Shown: positions 49,918 through 59,603 of the stretch, in pieces | Layout of the letters: the number at the start of each line of letters is the position of its first letter | Position numbering within the stretch: the stretch's first letter is position 1 | NCBI GenBank assembly: GCA_027486005.1 | Contig: JAIXPZ010000067.1 | Coordinates: 2,119-66,118 of the forward strand | Length of the DNA: 64,000 nt | From: Legionellales bacterium | GTDB taxonomy: Bacteria > Pseudomonadota > Gammaproteobacteria > JAGOUN01 | Reading direction: 5' to 3' | Notes under the pieces: generated by a model | What the model saw: only the letters and a program-made list of their open reading frames with translations | Databases searched by the model: none | What the model was told of the DNA's origin: nothing | Position numbers and translations under genes: made by a program

Positions 49918-51402
49918 TTATTCGAACCAAATTTTACGCGCTGTCATAATTAACTCGCCAGCGGTTGTCTCATCCATGTCATCCATTTCCATTAAATCAT
50001 CAATTGCCTGCTCTGCCAGATCTTCTCGCGTCACAATACCATGGTTCGCTAAACGGAACGCCATTTCCTTCGTCATACTTTCCATTGTCAACAAATCTTC
50101 AGCAGGCTCATTATTTCCAAGGGCCTCTTCTTTTGCAATCGCTTGCATCAATATATAATCTTTTGCCTTTTCACGTAATGTTTTGAGCACTTCCTCTTCA
50201 ATACTTTCAATTTCCAAAAGCTCTTCTATAGGAATGTACGCCAACTCTTCTGCTGTCGAAAAGCCCTCTTCTACTAATGTCTGCGCGATTTCTTTAGTCA
50301 CCGCTAACTGAGTCACAAACGCAGTGATTAGCTTTTCATCTTCCGCATCATGCTTCTCTAATGCCTGTTCTTCCGACATAATATTCAGTGTCCAACCAGT
50401 CAACTGACTAGCCAAATTAACATTCTGACCGCCTTTACCAATAGCTTGCGACAACTGTGATTCTTTAATGGCTAGGTCCATTGAATGCGTATCTTCATTA
50501 ACAACAATCGACGCAACCTCTGCAGGCTCCATTGCATTAATAACCAACTGCACAGGATTTTCATCCCACATCACCACATCAATACGCTCCCCACCAAGCT
50601 CGCCCGAAACGGCTTGCACACGAGAACCTCGCATACCAATACAAGCGCCTCTAGGGTCAATACGGCCGTCATTTGTTTTAACAGCAATCTTAGAACGAGC
50701 ACCAGGATCACGCGCTGCCGCTTTGATTTGAATAACGTCTTCGCCAATTTCTGGCACTTCAATTCTAAATAATTCAATCAACATGCCTTTATGCGTGCGG
50801 CTCAAAAAAATCTGCGGCCCTTTAGGATCATCTGAAACTTCGTATAAATACGCACGAATTCGCTCACCAACACGTACCATTTCACGTGGTAACATTTGTT
50901 CTCTAGGAATAAAGCCTTCAGCATTCGCACTTAAATCAAGAATAATATAATCACGAGTAAGCTTCTTTACTACACCGTTAATTAAGCTGCCGATGCGTTC
51001 GCGATATTGATTCGCCACTTGCATACGCTCTGCTTCACGCACTTTCTGAATAATAATATGTTTAGCAATTTGCGCTGAAATTCGGCCAAAACCTACAGAC
51101 TCTATTTTTTCTTCAATAAAATCGCCTACTTCTACTCCAGGATACTGCTCTGCCACTTGCTCTAGCGTCATCTCTGCATCTGGATTTTCAACATCATCTT
51201 CACTTTCAACGATGACCCAGCGACGAAATGTTTCATAATCGCCAGTTTTAGCATCAATCGCCACACGTACTTCGATTTCTTCGGTTGCTTTTTTCTTTGT
51301 AGCCACTTCCAAAGCGTTTTCTATCGCTTCAAAAATAACTTTTTGAGGAACGCCTTTTTCGTTGGAAACTGTTTCAGCTACTAATAAAATTTCTTTGTTC
51401 AT
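49918..51402 (-). CDS. nusA: Transcription termination/antitermination factor NusA
   Basis: MNKEILLVAETVSNEK, FGRISAQ, ARDPGARSKIAV, AIGKGGQNV, AR domains. Confidence 0.98.
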   Translation of the reverse strand: MNKEILLVAETVSNEKGVPQKVIFEAIENALEVATKKKATEEIEVRVAIDAKTGDYETFRRWVIVESEDDVENPDAEMTLEQVAEQYPGVEVGDFIEEKIESVGFGRISAQIAKHIIIQKVREAERMQVANQYRERIGSLINGVVKKLTRDYIILDLSANAEGFIPREQMLPREMVRVGERIRAYLYEVSDDPKGPQIFLSRTHKGMLIELFRIEVPEIGEDVIQIKAAARDPGARSKIAVKTNDGRIDPRGACIGMRGSRVQAVSGELGGERIDVVMWDENPVQLVINAMEPAEVASIVVNEDTHSMDLAIKESQLSQAIGKGGQNVNLASQLTGWTLNIMSEEQALEKHDAEDEKLITAFVTQLAVTKEIAQTLVEEGFSTAEELAYIPIEELLEIESIEEEVLKTLREKAKDYILMQAIAKEEALGNNEPAEDLLTMESMTKEMAFRLANHGIVTREDLAEQAIDDLMEMDDMDETTAGELIMTARKIWFE

Positions 51403-51435
51403 TGTATTGCCCTCTCCCCTTGTATTCTAAATTAG

Positions 51436-51888
51436 TCACTCAAAAGGGACCAACTTCGCACGACCGATATTATCGCACTCTAGCGTAACTTCCTGATCTT
51501 CAAGTACCATACTGATTCGGTGGCCTTCTACTGCCTTTAACCTACCAGAAAAATTCCGCCTTCCCGCTTGGGGAACCTTTAAGCGTAGCTTTATATTTTC
51601 ACCAATATATCGCTGGTATTGCTCTATATAAAACAAAGGCCTATCAATCCCTGGAGATGAGACTTCTAACACATATTCTCCAGGTATAGGATCCTCAACA
51701 TCTAAAACCGCGCTAACTTGTCGACTTACCGTCGCACAATCTTCAACGTCAATTCCTTTCTGATTATCAATATAAATACGTAGTTTTTGAGAATTTCCAG
51801 CGCTTAAATGCTCGCAACCCCAAAACTCATAGCCTAAACCACTTACGACTGGCGCAACTATTTTGATTAATGCTTCTACACTACTCAT
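51436..51888 (-). CDS. rimP: Ribosome maturation factor RimP
   Basis: LRIYID, DC..VSRQVSAVLDVEDPI, LEVSSPGIDRPL. Confidence 0.96.
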   Translation of the reverse strand: MSSVEALIKIVAPVVSGLGYEFWGCEHLSAGNSQKLRIYIDNQKGIDVEDCATVSRQVSAVLDVEDPIPGEYVLEVSSPGIDRPLFYIEQYQRYIGENIKLRLKVPQAGRRNFSGRLKAVEGHRISMVLEDQEVTLECDNIGRAKLVPFE

Positions 51889-51937
51889 TCGCCCGTCCTA
51901 AAATCTACGGCTTTAAAAAAACCAAAGTCTAAAAAGC

Positions 51938-51960
51938 AAAAAACCCCAAAAATGGGGTCC
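51938..51960 (-). terminator. Intrinsic terminator-like hairpin after tRNA-fMet
   Basis: Minus strand GGACCCC-ATTTTT-GGGGTT followed by a T tract. Confidence 0.6.
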
Positions 51961-51966
51961 TAAAAC

Positions 51967-52043
<77 letters not shown>

Positions 52044-52049
52044 ACTACA

Positions 52050-52086
52050 GGCCGGAGATTATAGGGGAGAGTCACCGAGATTGCAA
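52050..52086 (-). promoter_or_regulatory. sigma70 promoter of the tRNA-fMet operon with GC-rich discriminator
   Basis: TTGCAA-17 bp-TATAAT followed by CTCCGGCC. Confidence 0.8.
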
Positions 52087-52424
52087 CTAGGATTTTCACT
52101 AATGCCAATAAAATATGAAAATTAGCCAAGCGTTGTTACATAAAAAGGAAATTGTTTGGGCCGAATGTGAAGACGGCTATCTATGACTACTGAGCCAGGC
52201 CTTGTTGCCTGGGAGCAAGGGGTCAGAGAACAACAAACACCAAAAATGGGCAGATAGATATAATACAGCAGCTGCGCCATCATTAGGTGGCGCTACATTA
52301 CAAGCCGCTTTATATCGATCACGAAAACGAAGGGCTCAAGTATTTATTTGACACTTTAAAAAACTTGCATAATAAAAATCACTACCTATAATACGTAATA
52401 TACCTATTTTAGAGAGAACCTATT

Positions 52425-52658
52425 ATGTTGAAAGCAACAGCGACTGAGCTCAATAAGCATCCTGGTAAATACATAGATTATGCAATGAAGGGACCGGTGG
52501 TCGTAGAGCGCTCTGGTCGCCCTGTGACTGTCATGGTTTCCTATGAGCGTTACATACAGCTTGAAGATGCTTACTGGGGCGAACTAGCGACGGCAGCCGA
52601 TCAAGAAGAGTCATTGGGCACACAAGCAACGATGAGTTTTTTGAACGGTAACGACTAA
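52425..52658 (+). CDS. Phd/YefM-family antitoxin
   Basis: TATELNKHPGKYID...PVVVERSGRPVTVMVSYERY..LED. Confidence 0.9.
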   Translation: MLKATATELNKHPGKYIDYAMKGPVVVERSGRPVTVMVSYERYIQLEDAYWGELATAADQEESLGTQATMSFLNGND

Positions 52659-52939
52659 TGCTGGCTATAGATCTTAAGCCTAAAGCTAAAAAATTTATAG
52701 ATGCTTTGCCGCCAAAACACAAAAGGCAGATAAAGGATAGTATTTTATCTTTGCTAGATGTCCCTTTTCCTCATGATTCAAAAAAATTGATGGGGTACGA
52801 AGATTATATTCGAATTGATACTGGTGAGTATCGAATTATCTATCGATATGAAATCAACAAGCAATTAATCACTGTGGTTTTGGTGGGTAAGCGTAATGAT
52901 GATGACATTTATCGGATTGCTAAAAGAGCTTTGAAGTAG
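52658..52939 (+). CDS. RelE/ParE-family toxin
   Basis: AKKFIDALP, PFPHDSKKL.G, RIDTGEYRIIY, VGKRND..IY; translationally coupled (TAATG). Confidence 0.9.
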   Translation: MLAIDLKPKAKKFIDALPPKHKRQIKDSILSLLDVPFPHDSKKLMGYEDYIRIDTGEYRIIYRYEINKQLITVVLVGKRNDDDIYRIAKRALK

Positions 52940-53128
52940 ATGAAACCCAGGGAAGCAGAACGGTCAGATGGATTAGTCTTAACTTGACCTGACAAGCGTC
53001 TTGAAAAAGCGAGTGAAGTGATAGAGTATTTGAAACTTTCCCTATATCGCATCATGATTAAGCACCCCGATCAATAAAAGTGATAGGGGCTATAGTAACC
53101 GTCTATTGTACATGCAGAAACATATACA

Positions 53129-53596
53129 CTATTCTTCATCAAGTAATTGCAATAAATTGAGCATCTTAATGGCTGCTTCAGCGGACTCGATACCCACATG
53201 GCCTTTTTTTCCACCTGCTCTTGCCAATGCTAATTCTCGCGATTGAACGGTTAAGACACCAAAAATAACAGGAATAGATTCATCTAACATGACTCGCTGA
53301 CAACCATTGGTCACGTGCTGACAGACATACTGATAGTGGTCTGTTTCACCATAGATAATCGCTCCTAAGGCGATTATGGCATCAACTTTTTTTTGTCTTG
53401 CAAGATGTTGAGCAGCAAAAGCAATTTCAACTGCGCCTGGAACCCAAATAACACGAATATTTTCTTCATTCAGATATTTTCTTAATGTCAGCAAGGCGCC
53501 ATCAAGTAAGGCTTGTGTAATGTCATGATTAAATTCGCTGACGACAATCGCTATATTTTTTTTAATAGCAGTGACGGCACCTTTGAAAGCTTGCAT
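53129..53596 (-). CDS. ribH: 6,7-dimethyl-8-ribityllumazine synthase
   Basis: IAIVVSEFN, VPGAVEI, IYGETDHY, PVIFGVLT. Confidence 0.95.
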   Translation of the reverse strand: MQAFKGAVTAIKKNIAIVVSEFNHDITQALLDGALLTLRKYLNEENIRVIWVPGAVEIAFAAQHLARQKKVDAIIALGAIIYGETDHYQYVCQHVTNGCQRVMLDESIPVIFGVLTVQSRELALARAGGKKGHVGIESAEAAIKMLNLLQLLDEE

Positions 53597-53611
53597 AGTA
53601 TTCTCCTGAAA

Positions 53612-54805
53612 TTATAAGTGAAGGAAATGTCCAAGCTTTTTTTGCTTGGTTTTTAAATAAACTAAATTTTCTTTTACTGGAGCAATAAGAATAGGCACTC
53701 GTTTAACGATACGAATATCATATTTCTTGAGTTGACTTATTTTATTGGGATTGTTCGTCATAAGTTTTATACTGGAAAGTTTCATTTTTTTTAAAACTTG
53801 CGCAGCAAGCCAATAATCACGTTGATCTTCTTGAAAACCCAGAGCTAGGTTAGCCTCTACTGTATCCAGCCCCTTTTCTTGAAGTGCATAAGCTTCTACT
53901 TTTCTTGCGAGCCCTATGCCTCGCCCCTCTTGATTCATATAAATCAACACGCCATTTTCTTGCACAATAGTGCGTAATGACTGAGCCAGTTGCCCACCAC
54001 AGTCGCAACGTAATGATTGCAATAAATCTCCAGTGAAACAGCTTGAATGTATTCTGACAAGCGTATTTTTTTGAGCAGTAAATTTTTCTGTATAGATAGC
54101 GAGACATTCGCTTTGATCAATTGAGTTAATAAACGCTTGGATAGTCAGTTTTCCAAAAGCCTGAGTCGGAAGCTCTATTGCGCTCAAACAATCCAAATGC
54201 TCTTCATGTTGTTTGCGGCGCAAGACTATTTGTTCAATAGAAATAATAGGGATTTTATGTCGCTTAGAGAATTGCTCTAATTGAGGGCCTCTTGCCATCG
54301 ATCCGTCTTCGTTAAGTATTTCACAGATAACAGCAGGCCCTTGAATACCTGCAAGGCGCATTAAATCAACACTACCTTCCGTGTGGCCTCGCCTCGCTAA
54401 AACACCCAAAGGGTTTGCGACTAAAGAAGAAATATGGCCAGGAGTCACCAAATCATTTGTGGATGCAGTATGCTTTGCTGCTATACGAATACTGTGTGAA
54501 CGCTCTGCCGCAGAAACGCCGGTGGTGATTCCCTGTGCGGCATCGAACGTCATTGCAAAGGGAGTATTAAATAAATGATGGCCTGTTGTGGACAATCGAT
54601 TTAATTGTAACTGTTTTGACTTTTCTTCTGACATACTGAAGCAAACAATACCTCTGGCATAAGTGAGCATAAAATTAATCATTGCAGGCGTAGCATGCTC
54701 TGCTGCAATCACTAAATCACCTTCATTTTCACGATTATGATCGTCGACTAAAATAATCATTTTTCCCTTTATAAGAGCATTGATCGCTTGAATTATTGTG
54801 TGCAT
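53612..54805 (-). CDS. ribBA: Bifunctional DHBP synthase / GTP cyclohydrolase II
   Basis: DD..RENEGD, RRGHTE, RIHSSCFTGD, RCDCG, QEGRGIGL, TNNP.K. Confidence 0.95.
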   Translation of the reverse strand: MHTIIQAINALIKGKMIILVDDHNRENEGDLVIAAEHATPAMINFMLTYARGIVCFSMSEEKSKQLQLNRLSTTGHHLFNTPFAMTFDAAQGITTGVSAAERSHSIRIAAKHTASTNDLVTPGHISSLVANPLGVLARRGHTEGSVDLMRLAGIQGPAVICEILNEDGSMARGPQLEQFSKRHKIPIISIEQIVLRRKQHEEHLDCLSAIELPTQAFGKLTIQAFINSIDQSECLAIYTEKFTAQKNTLVRIHSSCFTGDLLQSLRCDCGGQLAQSLRTIVQENGVLIYMNQEGRGIGLARKVEAYALQEKGLDTVEANLALGFQEDQRDYWLAAQVLKKMKLSSIKLMTNNPNKISQLKKYDIRIVKRVPILIAPVKENLVYLKTKQKKLGHFLHL

Positions 54806-55401
54806 AACGGCACCTCATGTTTTATAAGTTGATCAAGATATTTAGCAAGCATGTCGACTTCCACATTAACTTGAGTTCCCACTTTATATTGGCTGGTGAT
54901 AGTGTTCGCTAAAGTGTAAGGAATCAGGGTAACGGAAAAATGATCATTCAATACATTCACAACGGTAATACTCATTCCATCAATTGTTACTGATCCTTTC
55001 GGAGCAATAAATTTTATTAATGTGCGGGGGATTTTAATCGTGACATTATACGCGCCCTCAACAGGATTGATGGCTATAATTTCACCTGTGCTATCAATAT
55101 GGCCGCTAACAAAATGTCCGCCAATACGATTACCTACTTTTAAACATCGCTCGAGATTAACCAGGCTATTTTTCTCTAATTTCCCTAAATTTGTTTTTTC
55201 AATGGTTTCTTCTACCATGTCTACTAAAATAGCAGTCGATACAAATTTTGTCACCGTCAAACATACGCCATTGACAGAAATGCTATCCCCCATGATCAGA
55301 TCATTGCATTTAAATTCAGGCTCAATGATTAGGCTGATTTTTCTTTCGAATTTTTGCATATCAATAATACGCCCCAACCCTTCAACAATACCCGCGTACA
55401 T
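54793..55401 (-). CDS. ribE: Riboflavin synthase (alpha chain)
   Basis: MYAGIVE start with AGGAG RBS, GDSISVNGVCLTV, VNLER, GGHFVSGHID, VNVEVD. Confidence 0.94.
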   Translation of the reverse strand: MYAGIVEGLGRIIDMQKFERKISLIIEPEFKCNDLIMGDSISVNGVCLTVTKFVSTAILVDMVEETIEKTNLGKLEKNSLVNLERCLKVGNRIGGHFVSGHIDSTGEIIAINPVEGAYNVTIKIPRTLIKFIAPKGSVTIDGMSITVVNVLNDHFSVTLIPYTLANTITSQYKVGTQVNVEVDMLAKYLDQLIKHEVPLCTQ

Positions 55402-56428
55402 AGACATCTCCTGCTGTAGTTGATAAATATTTTTTCTTGTCATGCCCACCAATAATCACGGGAGCAATATAAGTGCGAACTTCATCGACGAAGTCTGCTT
55501 TAAAAAAAGCGGTATGAATTGTTTTTCCACCTTCAACCAAAACACTTAAAATCCTATTTTGATAAAAATGATGCATCAAATCTTTTAAGGAAACATGTTC
55601 ACCCTCATTTTTTAGAATCCATACCTCGATGTTGTTTTTTTTAAATTGATTCCTCCATTCACAAGAAGATTGTTCAGTAGAAACAACAATCGTTTTTCCA
55701 GGAAGCTCCGTTGAAAAAATTTTTAGCGACAAAGGAAGATGTCCTTTGCTATCTAAAATAAATCGCATAGGATGCCGTATCTCCAATCCTTCATTAAAAA
55801 ACCGGGTGGTTAATTGCGGGTTATCCATCAACGCCGTTTTATAACCAATAAGAATCGCGTCCACCTGGTGACGTAGTAAGTGACTATGTTTTTGACTTTC
55901 GAGAGAACTAATTTGTGTTTCATCATGCGGCGAAGTGGTGCAATAACCATCGAGAGACATCGCCCATTTGCAAATAATATAGGGGCGCTGTTTTTTCATA
56001 AAATGAACATAATAACGATTAATTTTTTCAGCTTGCTCAGCTAAAACTCCCTGTGTAACCACAATACCGGAGTTTTCAAGCTCTTTAATCCCTTTGCCGG
56101 AAACGGCAGGATTAGGATCGACTGTCGCCATATAAACACATTTTATTTTTTCACGAATTAATGCGTGTGTGCAGGGCGGAGTGAGTCCGTAGTGACAACA
56201 AGGCTCAAGCGTAACGTATACATCTGCCCCTTCCACTGACTCTTTTGCAGATTTAAGAGCCATAATTTCTGCATGATCGCTTCCCGGGCCATTATGCCAA
56301 CCCTCTCCGATGATGGAGGCGTTTTTAACAATAACACAACCCACACGAGGATTAGGTGACGTATAAAAGGTAGTTCGCTTAGCTAAAGTTAACGCATATT
56401 GCATGTAGTGATTATGGTATTCGCTCAT
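55382..56428 (-). CDS. ribD: Riboflavin deaminase/reductase RibD
   Basis: SPNPRVG, HAE, VTLEPCCHYGLTPPC, KWAMSLDG, VLVEGG. Confidence 0.96.
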   Translation of the reverse strand: MSEYHNHYMQYALTLAKRTTFYTSPNPRVGCVIVKNASIIGEGWHNGPGSDHAEIMALKSAKESVEGADVYVTLEPCCHYGLTPPCTHALIREKIKCVYMATVDPNPAVSGKGIKELENSGIVVTQGVLAEQAEKINRYYVHFMKKQRPYIICKWAMSLDGYCTTSPHDETQISSLESQKHSHLLRHQVDAILIGYKTALMDNPQLTTRFFNEGLEIRHPMRFILDSKGHLPLSLKIFSTELPGKTIVVSTEQSSCEWRNQFKKNNIEVWILKNEGEHVSLKDLMHHFYQNRILSVLVEGGKTIHTAFFKADFVDEVRTYIAPVIIGGHDKKKYLSTTAGDVYVRGYC

Positions 56429-56564
56429 TTTTTTGCCCCTTAAATCTTGTTTTAGGGCAAAAAAAGCCTACGAGAAGTGAGCGATCGAAAAGCGATGCTA
56501 AACTCTTGGTTATAGCGACCAATAGTTCACGCACGCTAAAGCAATCAACGGCTCGCGTAGTATG

Positions 56565-56704
56565 CACCTTCTTTTATCCGGACTTTAACCGTCGGCTTAG
56601 GAATCACACCTAATCTGCTGACCTTTCAATAATGAAAGCGCTCGCGGGCTTGTTAGCAAGTAACTTACCGCCGGTGGGGAATTTCACCCCGCCCTGAAGA
56701 TAGT
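56565..56704 (-). promoter_or_regulatory. FMN riboswitch (RFN element)
   Basis: Minus strand TATCTTCAGGGCGGGGTGAAATTCCCCACCGGCGGT...AGCCCGCGAGCG...GTCAGCAGA...GCCGACGGTTAAAGTCCGGATAAAAGAAG upstream of ribD. Confidence 0.97.
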
Positions 56705-56780
56705 CGCGCAGGTTACTCTAATAAAATAAGATGTCAATACTGTTAAAGGCATTTGTCAAGATTAGTTGCATCCATAATTG

Positions 56781-58403
56781 TCAGAATTGGGATCCAAGTA
56801 GTGCTACTTGATCTTCGGAAACAGCTGGCGTACTGGCAAGTTTAACGAGAAGAGGTTTGTTAAAAAAACCAATACGCGCGGTGTGCTCAGCTGCATTACG
56901 TGCTTCAGAATAGGCTGTTATCGTTCCAGCCAGACAAAGGCAGAGAGCCAGTATGGCTTGCCCTGCGGGGGAAAGAGGCGCACCGGCCAAAGCAGTTAAA
57001 GCAATGATGCTGATTGTTATAGGCTCCGATCGTTCGTTTCCTGTTCCAAATGCACGTGATACAACCAGCTCTTTTCCCAAAAAAGATAATTTTTCCCACG
57101 CGCTTCTTTCGTCATTAATGAGAGCGGGGGTTATTTCAGAAGTATTGGCAAGTTCTTTATGTTGCGATTCACCAATAGCCTGAGTATTCGCATTAATAAA
57201 ATATTGAGTGATAATATTTCCTTTGGTCGCCAGTAATGCCAAGACAAGTCCCGCATAGAAGTTACCAAAACAGATTTGTTGAAATGACAACAGACTGGCG
57301 TAGAATACTGCAGGAAATTTAGCCATAGCCGAAAATTTTGTCTCCCAATTGGCTTTATTGCTTGCACCTGGATTATTAATAATTTTCTTATCTTTAAGTG
57401 AGTTCATAAATATTAAGGTATTCGCGCACGTTGTCACTTCCGGTTGACAAGCCTTGGCTGCAATGAGCAAGCAAAGAGCAGTGAGAGTTAATTGTACTAT
57501 CGGATTTTTTATATTTCGCAGAATGGCAATAATAGATAAGCCAACATATTCATTAAAATGTTGTTCTACATCACCTATAATTTGTATTTTTTGTTTAAAA
57601 GAAAGTGGAGTTGCTTCTGATGGGGGAAGAAGCGTAAATTCATCAATAGCTATTTCTTGACCGCCGACTTTAATTGTGGGCATTGCTAGCAGCGGGGCAT
57701 TTATCTCAAGATTTTTATTAAACCTCCATTTCAATAACTTTTGAGCATATTTTGCCATAATCAGAAAATTATCACGTGTCCGGCTAGCTATTTCTAATTG
57801 TGCATGGCAATGAGGTGCACCATATGCAGCGGGAATGACGAGAGCCAATGAAACAAGAAGAATGGCAGGTGAAACCTGCAAATCAGGATTAATTTTTAAC
57901 CACCATACAGATTCAGAGGCTTTGTGGTCTATCAACATGACAAGTAAATCGAGTACGGGTCCAATGGCAAGAGCGCCGCCAATAGAAGTTATTATTTCAC
58001 CCACTTTTCCTGCTTTAATTGCAAAATCCTCAGCCTCTTCAATCTCAAGACCAGAAAGTGTTGGAAAATTTTGATCTTCTTCATCAATATCTTCCTCGGT
58101 TTTGTGAGTGTGATGAACATGACTACAACCAACGCCCTGGGAACCAAGGGCCTTGATTAGCTCTTCTATATGATGAAGTTTTGAATGAAAAGCGCGTTCC
58201 CTTTCTTGCGCTCTGGCCTGATCCGCAGCCTCCGAAGTTGCGTCATCTTGCTTTTCTTGATTAACACTTTGCTCGATAGAAGAGGCATGGTCATGATCAA
58301 CGCAGCTGGAGCCACAGGCTCTCAAAAGAGATTGGGTTTTTTTCTTACCTGTTATAATATTCCCATTAGAGTCTAGAGGCAAAAAAGATTTTGTAGTCAA
58401 CAT
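56781..58403 (-). CDS. Orphan multi-pass membrane protein with His/acidic N-terminus (effector-like)
   Basis: CSHVHHTH, CVDHDH, acidic tract, about 8 hydrophobic segments; start ATG 58403 preferred. Confidence 0.8.
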   Translation of the reverse strand: MLTTKSFLPLDSNGNIITGKKKTQSLLRACGSSCVDHDHASSIEQSVNQEKQDDATSEAADQARAQERERAFHSKLHHIEELIKALGSQGVGCSHVHHTHKTEEDIDEEDQNFPTLSGLEIEEAEDFAIKAGKVGEIITSIGGALAIGPVLDLLVMLIDHKASESVWWLKINPDLQVSPAILLVSLALVIPAAYGAPHCHAQLEIASRTRDNFLIMAKYAQKLLKWRFNKNLEINAPLLAMPTIKVGGQEIAIDEFTLLPPSEATPLSFKQKIQIIGDVEQHFNEYVGLSIIAILRNIKNPIVQLTLTALCLLIAAKACQPEVTTCANTLIFMNSLKDKKIINNPGASNKANWETKFSAMAKFPAVFYASLLSFQQICFGNFYAGLVLALLATKGNIITQYFINANTQAIGESQHKELANTSEITPALINDERSAWEKLSFLGKELVVSRAFGTGNERSEPITISIIALTALAGAPLSPAGQAILALCLCLAGTITAYSEARNAAEHTARIGFFNKPLLVKLASTPAVSEDQVALLGSQF

Positions 58404-58544
58404 AAATGTCTTATTATTTTTAATATGTAGTTGTGATGTTATAACATGGCAATTTAATGTGCAAATATTTTCACAACCGAAATGAGTCAAGAGTGGAGAT
58501 GAATGAATTTAGAATTATGCGCTTAATGCAATAGTATAGTTTCA

Positions 58545-59603
58545 TTAACTATAATTTAACGAGCTCAATGCCTTAGTCACTACTTGAATATCAGCGCCTG
58601 GGACATGGCAATGCGTACTTAAATGACGTCGCCATAGGCGTGATCCGGGTAATCCATTGAATATTCCCAACATTGGACGAACTAATGTGGATAATCTGAC
58701 GCCTGCGCTGAGTTGCTCTTCAACATAGGGTAAATATCGTTGAACAACAGTTATTGCACCTTGACGCTGATCCCTCTCCCGCGCTAATCGCGCGACCTCT
58801 CCCGCAAGGGGAGAGGTAACCGAAAAAAGCGCTTCTTCTAGTTCTCTAAAAAAATACGGATTCTCATACGCAGGTCGGCCAACCATGACCCCATCGACAT
58901 GTTCAAGATGCATCAGCGCATCGGAGACTGTTTTGATTGCACCGTTAATCACAATGGTCAATTCTGGAAAATCACGTTTTAATTGATAGACCCAAGGATA
59001 ATTGAGTGGCGGAATTTCGCGATTTTCTTTAGGACTTAGGCCGCTCAACCATGCTTTGCGTGCGTGAACGATTATCTGATGACAACCAGCACGCTGTATT
59101 AAGTCTACAAAGTTTTCTAAGTAACTATATTCTTCTTGTTCATCCACGCCGATGCGACACTTGACTGAAACAAGAGGGCGAGCGCCACTCGCCCCTACGG
59201 CCTCTACTGCAGATTTCATCGCAGCAACACATTCTGCGACCAATGCAGGTTCTTTCATTAAACAAGCACCGAAGCGCCCTTTTTGCACACGATCCGATGG
59301 ACAGCCGACATTTAAATTGATTTCGTCATACCCAAATTCTTTTGCCAGTCGAGCACATTGTGCTAACGCTTCTGGATCACTGCCGCCCACTTGAAGTGCA
59401 ATCGGATGCTCTTCTGGAGAAAAAGCTAAAAAACGTTGGGCATCACCACGCAATAAAGCACCGGTAGTAATCATTTCTGTATACAACAAACAATGTGGCG
59501 ATAATAAACGAATAAAATAACGAAAATGTCTATCCGTCCAGTCAAGCATTGGAGCGAGACAGAGTTTGTGGCGCTGAAAAAAACTACCTTCTCTATGGCT
59601 CAC
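58545..59603 (-). CDS. dusA: tRNA-dihydrouridine synthase A with two repeat insertions
   Basis: APMLDWTDRHFR, LYTEM, NLNVGCPSDRVQKGRFGACLM, VHARKAWLSGLSPKENREIPPL, GVMVGR. Confidence 0.97.
   Translation of the reverse strand: MSHREGSFFQRHKLCLAPMLDWTDRHFRYFIRLLSPHCLLYTEMITTGALLRGDAQRFLAFSPEEHPIALQVGGSDPEALAQCARLAKEFGYDEINLNVGCPSDRVQKGRFGACLMKEPALVAECVAAMKSAVEAVGASGARPLVSVKCRIGVDEQEEYSYLENFVDLIQRAGCHQIIVHARKAWLSGLSPKENREIPPLNYPWVYQLKRDFPELTIVINGAIKTVSDALMHLEHVDGVMVGRPAYENPYFFRELEEALFSVTSPLAGEVARLARERDQRQGAITVVQRYLPYVEEQLSAGVRLSTLVRPMLGIFNGLPGSRLWRRHLSTHCHVPGADIQVVTKALSSLNYS
58772..58816. repeat. CCCTCTCCC-type palindromic repeat in frame in dusA
   Basis: ccctctcccgcgctaatcgcgcga-cctctccc-gcaag-gggagagg; encodes TSPLAGEVARLARERD. 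Confidence 0.75.
59176..59198 (-). repeat. GTAG-REP type B in frame in dusA
   Basis: Minus strand GTAGGGGCGAGTGGCGCTCGCCC, read as VGASGARP. Confidence 0.92.

Noticed and set aside
47411-50777. Numerous short ORFs overlapping infB and nusA (also those within aceE, lepA, pnp and the rib genes)
   Set aside because: Antisense or alternate-frame shadows of well-supported conserved genes.
52141-52340. Coding-like intergenic stretch upstream of the Phd/RelE module
   Set aside because: Only short interrupted frames and no recognisable homology or repeat; possibly a gene relic but unsupported.
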